From Gemmatimonadales bacterium (GTDB lineage: Bacteria > Gemmatimonadota > Gemmatimonadetes > Gemmatimonadales > GWC2-71-9), in contig JBOHSJ010000277.1 in the NCBI GenBank assembly GCA_050733035.1, positions 1 through 52,988 of the forward strand: 52,988 nt of DNA, in the 5' to 3' direction. The notes beneath the pieces were generated by a model. That model was not told the origin of the DNA and made no database searches. It worked only from the letters and a program-made list of their open reading frames with translations. Shown here in pieces: positions 9,606-17,129 of the stretch. Position 1 is the first letter of the stretch. Every line of letters starts with the position of its first letter. A program made the position numbers and the translations under genes.

Positions 9606-10088
9606 CTAAAGCGTCAGCGCTACGGCCACCTCGTCGCACGCGTGCTGGCGGGGGCAGCGCGCGCAGTCGGCCCAGACCTTGAGGGGGAACTGCTCCTTCT
9701 CGGCGATCCGGAAGCCAAGTCGCATGAAGAACAGCGGTTTGCGCGTCAGGCCGAACACCTCGTTCAGGCCCAGCGCGCGGGCCTCCACCAGCAGCGCTTC
9801 CACCAGCGCCTTCCCGACGCCGCGGCCCTGCTGGTCGTCGCGCACGGCGAGACCGGCGATCTCCGCCAGCCCGGTGCTGTACACCTTCAAACTCCCCGTG
9901 CCGACGATGCTGCCGTCGGGCGCTTCCGCGATCACGTACTCCTTGATGTGGCGGCACAGGTCGTAGTTCGAGCGCGGCAAGAGGTCGCCCGTCGCGACGA
10001 ACGGGGCCATGAGGACTTCCATGGCCGAGACGTCGGCGAGCATGGCCGGACGCAGTCGTGTCTCGGCCTTGACCGACAAACTGGTCAC
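9606..10088 (-). CDS. GNAT N-acetyltransferase, candidate short-form N-acetylglutamate synthase
   Basis: Acetyl-CoA binding motif QQGRGVGKALVEAL. 160 aa. GTGA overlap with the argD stop, so it is the last gene of the argCBD cluster. Confidence 0.65.
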   Translation of the reverse strand: MTSLSVKAETRLRPAMLADVSAMEVLMAPFVATGDLLPRSNYDLCRHIKEYVIAEAPDGSIVGTGSLKVYSTGLAEIAGLAVRDDQQGRGVGKALVEALLVEARALGLNEVFGLTRKPLFFMRLGFRIAEKEQFPLKVWADCARCPRQHACDEVAVALTL

Positions 10089-11260
10089 GCAAGCACCTCT
10101 TCGAGAATCGTGATGCCGCGCTCGAGATCGTCGCGGCTGATCGTGAGGGGCGGGACGATGCGAATCACGTTCGGCCCCGCCGTGAGCACGAGCAGATGAC
10201 GCTCGCGGGCAGCGGCTACGATCGGCGCCGCCACTTCATTCAGCTCGATGCCCCACATCAGGCCGCGGCCGCGCGTCTCGCGCACACGCGCGCAGCGACC
10301 CGCCAGGGCTCCTAACCGCTTGCCGAGCCATTTCCCTTTGGCTACGACCTCCGCGAGAAACTCCGGCTCGGCGATCGCACGCACGACGTCGAGCGCGACA
10401 GTCGCCACGAAGGGTCCGCCGCCGAACGTGGTCGCGTGATCGCCGGGAGCGAGCGTCGCGGCTACTTGATCATTGACGAGAATCGCGCCCATGGGGAGTC
10501 CGCCGCCCAGCGGCTTCGCCAGCGTGTACATGTCCGGCACGACACCCGCGTGCTCGGCAGCGAACAGCGTTCCGGTGCGCCCCAGGCCACACTGCACTTC
10601 GTCGAAGATCAATGCGGCCTTGGTCTCGGTACAAAGCTTCCGCAAGACCACGAGAAACTCATCAGGCACGGGGCTCACGCCGCCCTCGCCCTGCACCGGC
10701 TCGACAATGACAGCCGCGGTACGCTCGGCCGTGATAGCGCGCTCCGCGGCGTCGGTACGCCCTAGTGGAATGATCTCCACGCCCGCAAGCAGGGGCTCGA
10801 ACGGGCGGCGGTAGTCGGGGCGATCGGTCGCCGCCAGCGAAGCGAACAGCCGGCCGTGAAACGAGCCGCTGAACGCGACGAGGTCGGTCTTCTTCGACCA
10901 TTTGCGGGCGAACTTGAACGCGCCCTCGTTCGCTTCGGCGCCGGAATTACAGAAGAACGCGTGTCCGCCCAAAGGAAAGGCGCGACCGGTCAGCTCGGCG
11001 GCCAGCCGCTCGCCGGGCTCGGTGCGATACAGGTTCGAGACATGCACGAGTCCCGAGTCGAGCGCGCGCAGCACCGCGTCCCGAAAGACGGGACTGTTGT
11101 AGCCGAGCGCGTTGACGGCGATGCCCGCCATGAAGTCGAGATAGCGAGTGCCGTCCTCGGCAATCAGCTCCGACCCCTCTCCGGCGACGAAGAGCGGCCC
11201 GACGCGCGCGTAGACGCCCAGCAGTGCTGAGGCGTCGGAGGACGTCAGGGGCGTAGTCAC
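10085..11260 (-). CDS. argD: acetylornithine aminotransferase (class-III PLP aminotransferase)
   Basis: Motifs FCNSGAEANE, IFDEVQCGLGRTG and TLAKPLGGGLP (PLP Lys). Sits in the arg cluster. Confidence 0.9.
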   Translation of the reverse strand: MTTPLTSSDASALLGVYARVGPLFVAGEGSELIAEDGTRYLDFMAGIAVNALGYNSPVFRDAVLRALDSGLVHVSNLYRTEPGERLAAELTGRAFPLGGHAFFCNSGAEANEGAFKFARKWSKKTDLVAFSGSFHGRLFASLAATDRPDYRRPFEPLLAGVEIIPLGRTDAAERAITAERTAAVIVEPVQGEGGVSPVPDEFLVVLRKLCTETKAALIFDEVQCGLGRTGTLFAAEHAGVVPDMYTLAKPLGGGLPMGAILVNDQVAATLAPGDHATTFGGGPFVATVALDVVRAIAEPEFLAEVVAKGKWLGKRLGALAGRCARVRETRGRGLMWGIELNEVAAPIVAAARERHLLVLTAGPNVIRIVPPLTISRDDLERGITILEEVLA

Positions 11261-12030
11261 GCGGGCTGAACCGCCGGAGGGGCCGCGAGCAGGCGGGTGC
11301 CGGCGGTAGCAGTCCCGAACATATCGAGATCGCCAATCCGTACGGCCCGGACACCCGCCCGGAGTGCTTGCGCGGCGGCGCGCAGCTTGGCGGCCATGCC
11401 GCCGGTCGCGACGCCTCCTTCAATCATCTGCTCAATCTCAGCGGACGCAAGGGTGGGTTGTGTCACACCTTCCACCGTCACTCCGGGTACGTCGGACACA
11501 AAGAGCAGCTCCTGCGCCTCAAGCGCCGCGGCGATGGCGCCGGCGGCCTGGTCGGCGTTGACGTTGAGCGGCCGAATCGGCGTGCTGAGCGACGGGGCGA
11601 CCGGCGCAACCACGGGGGTCAGGCCGGCAAGCAGCAGGCTTTGCAGCAGCGACGCCCGCACGTTGACGATCTCGCCGACGTCCCCGAACGCGCCCCCCTG
11701 GAGGGGCTGCGCCGAGAGCAAACCGCCGTCCACGCCCGACAGCCCGATCGCGTCCAGGCCGGCGGCGCGCAATGCGCTCACCAGCAACCGGTTCATCGGA
11801 CCACCCAGCACCATCTCCACGACCTGGGCGATCTCGGGGGTCGTGACGCGCAGGCCGTCGTGCTGCTCGACGGGAAGGCCGAGGCGCCGGGACCAGCTGC
11901 TGACCGCCTGGCCGCCGCCGTGCACTACGACCGCGGGACCGATGCCCTGGAGCGCGCGAGCGCACTCGGCCACCCAAGCCGGCCGGTCGAGCTCGTTGCC
12001 GCCGATCTTGACGACGCGCACCGTTAGCAC
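11257..12030 (-). CDS. argB: acetylglutamate kinase
   Basis: The true N-terminus is V(L)TVRVVKIGGNELD (amino-acid kinase fold). Start GTG at 12030 or GTG at 12021; the rest of ORF 11257-12240 upstream is Arg-rich junk overlapping argC. Confidence 0.85.
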   Translation of the reverse strand: MLTVRVVKIGGNELDRPAWVAECARALQGIGPAVVVHGGGQAVSSWSRRLGLPVEQHDGLRVTTPEIAQVVEMVLGGPMNRLLVSALRAAGLDAIGLSGVDGGLLSAQPLQGGAFGDVGEIVNVRASLLQSLLLAGLTPVVAPVAPSLSTPIRPLNVNADQAAGAIAAALEAQELLFVSDVPGVTVEGVTQPTLASAEIEQMIEGGVATGGMAAKLRAAAQALRAGVRAVRIGDLDMFGTATAGTRLLAAPPAVQPA

Positions 12031-12983
12031 GCGAGTCCCGCCGTTTCCGGAAGCCCGAGCATCACGTTCATGTTCTGAATCGCCTGGCCCGCGGCGCCCT
12101 TTACCAGATTGTCGATCGCGGCGATGACCGTGAGGCGCGGCCGGCGCACGTCGGCAACTTCGGCGACGCCGATCGCGACGCGATTGCGATACACGACGTC
12201 CTTGAGCGACGGCAGCGTGCCGTGCATGATCTGAACGCACGGCTCGTGGTCGTAGGTCGCCGTGTAGAGCCCCTCGGCAGTGGACTGATCGAGCACCCGC
12301 GTCAGCGGTACGTGAATCGTCTCGAGGATCCCGCGCTTCACCGGCAGCAGATGCGGCGTGAACACGAGGTCACCCGTGAAGCCGCCTTCCCGCGACAACG
12401 ACTGCTTCAGCTCGGCCAGGTGCCGATGCGTGTTGCCGATTGCGTAGGCGCGAAAGTCCTCGGCGACTTCCCCGAACAGCAGCTCGCGTTTGGGATTGCG
12501 GCCCGCGCCGGTGACTCCGGACGCCGCGTCGATGATAATTTCGCGCGACGGATCGATGAGTCCGAGCTGCGCCAGCGGGATCAGCGCGAGCAGCGCGGCC
12601 GTCGGATAGCAGCCGGGATTCGCGACGAGGTCGGCGTCGGCCAAGCGCGGCCGCGTGAATTCCGTGAGCCCGTAGACCGCGTCGGGCGAAAGCCGGAAGT
12701 CGGCGGATAGATCCACGGCGCGCTTGCCGCCGGCCCGCGCTTCGTGGACGTAGCGCGCCGACACGCCGTGTGGCAGCGCCGACAGAATGATTTCCGCCTG
12801 CTGCCAGGGCGCGTCGTCGGCCTTGATCAGCTCGACGCCGTCCACCCATTCGCCGGCGGCCGATTCGGCGGTCGCGAACGCGACCGTCGCGTCCGGATGG
12901 CCGTGCAGCAGCCGCAGCAGCTCCTGACCGACATAGCCGGACGCGCCCAGCACGCCGACCGGGCGGGATGCATGATTATTCAT
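12024..12983 (-). CDS. argC: N-acetyl-gamma-glutamyl-phosphate reductase
   Basis: N-terminal Rossmann motif VGVLGASGYVG and active-site motif NPGCYPTAALLAL. 319 aa. Confidence 0.9.
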   Translation of the reverse strand: MNNHASRPVGVLGASGYVGQELLRLLHGHPDATVAFATAESAAGEWVDGVELIKADDAPWQQAEIILSALPHGVSARYVHEARAGGKRAVDLSADFRLSPDAVYGLTEFTRPRLADADLVANPGCYPTAALLALIPLAQLGLIDPSREIIIDAASGVTGAGRNPKRELLFGEVAEDFRAYAIGNTHRHLAELKQSLSREGGFTGDLVFTPHLLPVKRGILETIHVPLTRVLDQSTAEGLYTATYDHEPCVQIMHGTLPSLKDVVYRNRVAIGVAEVADVRRPRLTVIAAIDNLVKGAAGQAIQNMNVMLGLPETAGLAC

Positions 12984-13004
12984 TTGGACGGAAAATTATG
13001 CACG
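12967..13004 (-). promoter_or_regulatory. tandem ARG-box-like operator overlapping the argC start codon, with a possible -10 (TAATTT)
   Basis: The minus strand reads cgTGCATAATTTTCCGtccaaaTGAATAATCATGCAtc. Judged by eye against the ARG-box core TGAATWWWWATTCA, the two 14-nt cores match 10/14 and 12/14, and the cores are 6 nt apart. This is the only AT-rich patch in the region. No SD precedes the ATG. Confidence 0.4.
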
Positions 13005-13036
13005 CCGGTGGGGAGACGCAAGGGCAACGATAGGTG

Positions 13037-13062
13037 TAGGGACGCAGCATGCTGCGCCCCTA
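13037..13062. repeat. REP-like palindrome TAGGGaCGCAGCATGCTGCGcCCCTA (copy 2, one mismatch), probable terminator stem for pncB
   Basis: 26-nt palindrome centred on GCATGC. It overlaps the pncB stop codon (13060-13062). A near-identical perfect copy lies at 22629-22652. Confidence 0.6.
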
Positions 13063-14118
13063 CGTCACGCGTTCCAGCCTCGGGTTCGGCCGGCACGACC
13101 TGCCCACCTTGGCGCACGGTTTTCCCTCGAGCATCACGACGTCCGCGGTGAAATCGAAACGTCCCTGGAACAGGCTCGAGCCGACGCCGTACGCATCCAC
13201 CGGGACGCGCTGCTCCTCGAACTGGCGGATCTTGTCCACCGTGAAGCCGCCGGACACCACGATCTTGACGTGCTTGAAGCCCTCCACGTCCAGCGCCCGG
13301 CGCACGTTCCACACGAGCTGCGGGTTCACGCCGGTGGGCTTGAACGTGCCCATCTGAGGAATGACGGACTTGTCGACCAGCGTCTCCGACGTATCGAGCC
13401 GCACGCCGTAGAGGCGATCCCCCAGGGCTCGCGCAACGGCCAGCGACGTCCCAACGCAGTCGTTGTCGAAATCGACGAGCGTGATGAGACGGATAGCGGG
13501 GTCGCTCTGATCGGCAAACTTGCGGGACGCGAGGACGGTATCGCCGCCATAGGCGGCGATGAGGGCGTGCGGGACGGTTCCGATACCTTCCGAGCCCCAC
13601 CACGAGGCCTGCGCGTCCGTGGACACCCCGATCGCGCCGGCGATATGCGCCGCGTAGCCGTCGCCGGTCTGCACGAGCCAGTGATCGTGCCGGGCGGGAA
13701 AAAACATCACCTCTTTGGGCTTCGCGGCCTCCACGACCTGGCGCGTGTTCGTTCCGACGCGCGTGCGCCGGGCGAGCACGCCGAGGTACAGCGTCTCCAG
13801 CACCGCGAACGCGTCGTACGGTCCTTCAATGAGCAGCACCGTCTCCCACGGCTGGATCTCATCGCCGTCATACAGCGCGTGCACCACCAGCTCGTCCCAG
13901 CGCTCGGCGCAGAGCTTGAGAATGGCGATTGCCTCGTCGATGCCGCCGAGGTAGGCGTGCGACTTCCCGAATACCTGCATCGTGACGCGCGGCCGATGCC
14001 GGTCCTTGCGCAGCAGATCGCGCGCGCGCACGAAGTATTTGTCGGAGTAATAGCCCTCCCGCATCTTGTCGGCGGGCAGGTGAAAGATCGAAGGATCGAG
14101 GCGTTGCTTGCGTGCCAT
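13060..14118 (-). CDS. pncB: nicotinate phosphoribosyltransferase family protein (type II PRTase)
   Basis: Starts MARKQRLDPSIFHLPADKMREGYYSDKYF (residue 158 of ORF 13060-14589; upstream residues are Arg/Ala junk). Motifs GIGTVPHALI, GVRLDTS and VVSGGF. TGATG 1-nt overlap with the upstream gene. Confidence 0.75.
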   Translation of the reverse strand: MARKQRLDPSIFHLPADKMREGYYSDKYFVRARDLLRKDRHRPRVTMQVFGKSHAYLGGIDEAIAILKLCAERWDELVVHALYDGDEIQPWETVLLIEGPYDAFAVLETLYLGVLARRTRVGTNTRQVVEAAKPKEVMFFPARHDHWLVQTGDGYAAHIAGAIGVSTDAQASWWGSEGIGTVPHALIAAYGGDTVLASRKFADQSDPAIRLITLVDFDNDCVGTSLAVARALGDRLYGVRLDTSETLVDKSVIPQMGTFKPTGVNPQLVWNVRRALDVEGFKHVKIVVSGGFTVDKIRQFEEQRVPVDAYGVGSSLFQGRFDFTADVVMLEGKPCAKVGRSCRPNPRLERVT

Positions 14119-14990
14119 CAACGCGCGCCGGGCCAGGCGAATGTGGCGGCCAAGGTATCGCCGGTCGGCAACGGCAGCTGTCGCGCGACGTTGTTCAGCC
14201 GCCCGCAAATCGTCCCGTACGGCTGCGGTGCGCCGGCGGGGGGCGGGGGGGGCGGTGCTACCCGCAGGCAGATGACTTCGGCGTCGAGGCCGATCGCGCG
14301 GTCGCGCGGCGAGCGCGGCGGATCGGGACGCGTGACGCTCACAATGAGCGTCGTGGGGCGACCGCGCAGCACGAGCTGCACGGCGCGAGGTGGCTCGTCG
14401 AGCACGAGATCCATCGGTCGCGGACCGCTGACCGTGTCCCCGCGCACCAGGTTCAGGATGACGCGGGCGCGGCGCGGGCGCACGACGGCCTCGATACGCA
14501 AGTCGCTGGTCGAGTCCACCAGCTCGAACTGCTCCGCCGCTCGTCCCTCGCCGCCCGCGAACTGGCGTTCGAGGATGAGCTCGATCCACGCCGCCCGTGG
14601 AGTGCGCGCGCCACTCCGGTCCCGGCCAAACGGATAAACCCGAGCGGTATCACTCCACGCGAGCCGCACCAAACGCCGGTAGGTATCCTCTTCCCACAGC
14701 GGCAGGCCCCGCCGCGACCGGCCGACGCGCCGCCGCGTGAAGAACTCCGCGCCGAGGCTCACCGTGTCGCCGAGCGGCGTCAGGTGAAACAGCGCCTCGA
14801 CCTCGGCGGTGTCGGTTCGCAGCGTGAGGCGCATCTCGTTGTCCAGCGGCCCGCTGACGGCGCCGCTCGCCAGGATCCGGGGCGCGACCGCCGCGGGCTC
14901 GATGACGCGAATACGATACGTGAGCCGCGTGCCCGGCCCTTGAAAGGAGGCGAGTGCGAGGAGAACGCTAGCGAACGACGATAGTCCCAC
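14118..14990 (-). CDS. hypothetical secreted protein with C-terminal poly-proline segment
   Basis: GTG at 14990 is preceded by GAGGAG (4-nt spacer) and gives VGLSSFASVLLALASFQ, a signal-like N-terminus. It overlaps the anti-sigma gene by 23 nt and its stop overlaps the pncB ATG. No family recognised. Confidence 0.55.
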   Translation of the reverse strand: MGLSSFASVLLALASFQGPGTRLTYRIRVIEPAAVAPRILASGAVSGPLDNEMRLTLRTDTAEVEALFHLTPLGDTVSLGAEFFTRRRVGRSRRGLPLWEEDTYRRLVRLAWSDTARVYPFGRDRSGARTPRAAWIELILERQFAGGEGRAAEQFELVDSTSDLRIEAVVRPRRARVILNLVRGDTVSGPRPMDLVLDEPPRAVQLVLRGRPTTLIVSVTRPDPPRSPRDRAIGLDAEVICLRVAPPPPPPAGAPQPYGTICGRLNNVARQLPLPTGDTLAATFAWPGAR

Positions 14991-15318
14991 GCGTCTCCTC
15001 GAGCGATCCACCGCCACCCGGCCCGCCCCAGCGGCTGTTCGCCGCCCATCCGCCGAGCAGCCCGGTGGCAAGCGCCAAGACTACCCACACGGCGAGCGTG
15101 CCGGCGCGGATCGACGGACGCGGCACGACGAACGCGTGCGGGTTGCCGGCCGAGCGCGCCAGTGCCACCCGCACTTCGAGCTGGCTCGCGCGCGCGCCGG
15201 CGCAGTGCGCGCAGGTCGCCAGGTGCTTCGCGAGCGCCGCGCGCTCCACCAGCGACAGCTCGCCGTCCAGCTCGGCATCGATCTGCACGAGCCATTGCTC
15301 GTGCGTGATATCGGCCAT
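14968..15318 (-). CDS. zf-HC2 type anti-sigma factor (single TM)
   Basis: HLATCAHC matches the H-x3-C-x2-C zinc motif near the N-terminus. One TM helix (LAVWVVLALATGLLGGW). 116 aa. GAGGAGG precedes the ATG. Confidence 0.7.
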   Translation of the reverse strand: MADITHEQWLVQIDAELDGELSLVERAALAKHLATCAHCAGARASQLEVRVALARSAGNPHAFVVPRPSIRAGTLAVWVVLALATGLLGGWAANSRWGGPGGGGSLEETRGTIVVR

Positions 15319-16026
15319 TTAGACCTCCTCGCGCACGCGGTAGTGAAGCGCGCGGCGCTGCATCCAGCGCACGGCGAACGCGTCGACGAGCGAGCGCAGC
15401 ACGCGGTTCCACATGCCGTACTTGGTTACACCATGCTTCCGCGGCCGATGCCCCACAGCGACCTCGGTCACCGTGCCGCCCTGCATCTTGATCAGCGTCG
15501 GGAGAAAGCGATGCATCCCCGCGAACAACGGCAAGGTCCGGACCGCGTCGGTGCGAAACGCCTTGAGCGAGCAGCCCGTGTCGCGGATGACTTCCCCATT
15601 GAGGCGGTTGCGGACGCCGTTGGCGATGCGGCTCTGCAGCCGCTTCCACGCCGTGTCACGGCGCGTCGCGCGGTAGCCGGCCACGGCGGTCGCACCGGTG
15701 CGCTGCAGCGTCTCCACGAGACGCGGGATGTCGGCGGGATCGTTTTGGAGATCCGCGTCGAGCGTCACGACGACCGGCGCGCGCGCCGCGCGAAACCCGG
15801 CGGCGAAAGCCGCGGTCTGCCCCGCGTTGCGCTCGAAGGAGAGAATGCGCAGCTGCGGATACTGCTGGCGCAGGCCTTTGAGCGCGTCGAGCGTCCCGTC
15901 GGTCGAGCCGTCGTCCACGACGATCACCTCGTAGCTCCGGGGGGGAAGGGCGGCCGCGATTTCAGCGAGCAGCGGTGCGAGGTTGTCCCGCTCGTTATAC
16001 GCGGGGACCACGAGCGAAAGCTCCAC
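15319..16026 (-). CDS. family-2 glycosyltransferase (polyprenyl-phosphate sugar transferase, DPM1/ArnC-like)
   Basis: Motifs LSLVVPAYNE, VIVVDDGSTDGT and TLDADLQNDP (DxD). A C-terminal amphipathic/TM region is present. Start GTG at 16026 (VELSLVVPAYNE) or GTG at 16062. Confidence 0.85.
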   Translation of the reverse strand: MELSLVVPAYNERDNLAPLLAEIAAALPPRSYEVIVVDDGSTDGTLDALKGLRQQYPQLRILSFERNAGQTAAFAAGFRAARAPVVVTLDADLQNDPADIPRLVETLQRTGATAVAGYRATRRDTAWKRLQSRIANGVRNRLNGEVIRDTGCSLKAFRTDAVRTLPLFAGMHRFLPTLIKMQGGTVTEVAVGHRPRKHGVTKYGMWNRVLRSLVDAFAVRWMQRRALHYRVREEV

Positions 16027-16106
16027 GGGGTGGGAACGATAGCAAGTTGACAGGCGTAGCACGAGTGGGTAAAACCCTAAACCTTCTACGACTGCGGAGG
16101 CTCTCC

Positions 16107-17129
16107 GTGTCCCTGTCGCGCCGCGATTTCCTCCAGACCGCCGCCGTCCTGGGGATTCCTCATCCGATGCGACCGCCGCGGCCCTTGCCGCCCGCGTCCC
16201 GCTGGGCCGCGAAGCCCGTCGCGGTCGCGAGCGCGAACGGATTGCGCGCCGTGCAGAAAACGTTCGACGTGCTGATGCAGGGCGCGGACACGCTCGACTC
16301 GGTCGTCGAAGGCGTGAAGATCCAGGAGCTCGATCCCCACGACGACTCCGTCGGCTATGGCGGCCTTCCCAACGCCGACGGCGTCGTGCAGCTCGACGCG
16401 TCCTGCATGCACGGGCCGACGAAGCGGGCGGGCGCCGTGGGATGCCTGGAAGGGATCAAGACGCCGTCCGAGGTCGCCAAGCTCATCCTCAAATACACGA
16501 ATCACATCTTTCTCGTCGGCGAAGGCGCCAAGCGGTTCGCGCTGTCATACGGCTTCAAGGAAGAGGACCTGATGACGGCGCATTCGCGCGAAGCCTGGCT
16601 GCGGTGGCGCGCCAATCTGAATCCCGAGGACAACTTCCTCGACGTGCCCGACGACGACCACATGACGATCCCCCAAACGGGTACGATCAACTGCGACGCG
16701 GTGACGCCCCAAGGTGACATCTCGTCGGTCACGACGACGAGCGGGCTCTCCTGGAAGATTCCCGGGCGCGTCGGCGACTCGCCGATCATCGGCGCCGGCC
16801 AGTACTGCGACAACGACGTCGGCGCCGCGGGGTCCACCGGCCGCGGTGAGTCGAACATCAAGGTGTGCGGGGGGTTCCTGACCGTCGAGCACATGCGGCG
16901 CGGCATGAAGCCGACCGATGCCTGCCTCGAGACGTTGAAGCGCGTCGTCGCCGCAACGGAGCCGCGGCTGCTCGACGCGCGCGGCCGGCCCAAATTCGGT
17001 CTGAACTTCTACGCGGTGAACAAGCGCGGCGAGTTCGGCGCGGCCTCGATCTTTCCCAGCCGCTACGCCGCGCACGACGGTACGGAAGCCAAGATCCGCG
17101 ACACGGCGTTCTTATTCGCGCGTACCTAA
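16107..17129 (+). CDS. Ntn-hydrolase asparaginase_2 family (glycosylasparaginase / isoaspartyl peptidase), Tat-exported
   Basis: GTG at 16107 follows GGAGG and gives VSLSRRDFLQTAAVLG, a Tat signal. Motifs TGTINCDAV (nucleophile Thr region), GRVGDSPIIGAG and GSTGRGE. Confidence 0.8.
   Translation: MSLSRRDFLQTAAVLGIPHPMRPPRPLPPASRWAAKPVAVASANGLRAVQKTFDVLMQGADTLDSVVEGVKIQELDPHDDSVGYGGLPNADGVVQLDASCMHGPTKRAGAVGCLEGIKTPSEVAKLILKYTNHIFLVGEGAKRFALSYGFKEEDLMTAHSREAWLRWRANLNPEDNFLDVPDDDHMTIPQTGTINCDAVTPQGDISSVTTTSGLSWKIPGRVGDSPIIGAGQYCDNDVGAAGSTGRGESNIKVCGGFLTVEHMRRGMKPTDACLETLKRVVAATEPRLLDARGRPKFGLNFYAVNKRGEFGAASIFPSRYAAHDGTEAKIRDTAFLFART

Noticed and set aside
13049-13357. 102-aa plus-strand ORF beginning MLRPYV..., starting inside the REP-like palindrome
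   Set aside because: The start codon is simply the central GCATGC of the palindrome. The ORF is antisense to the well-supported pncB gene.
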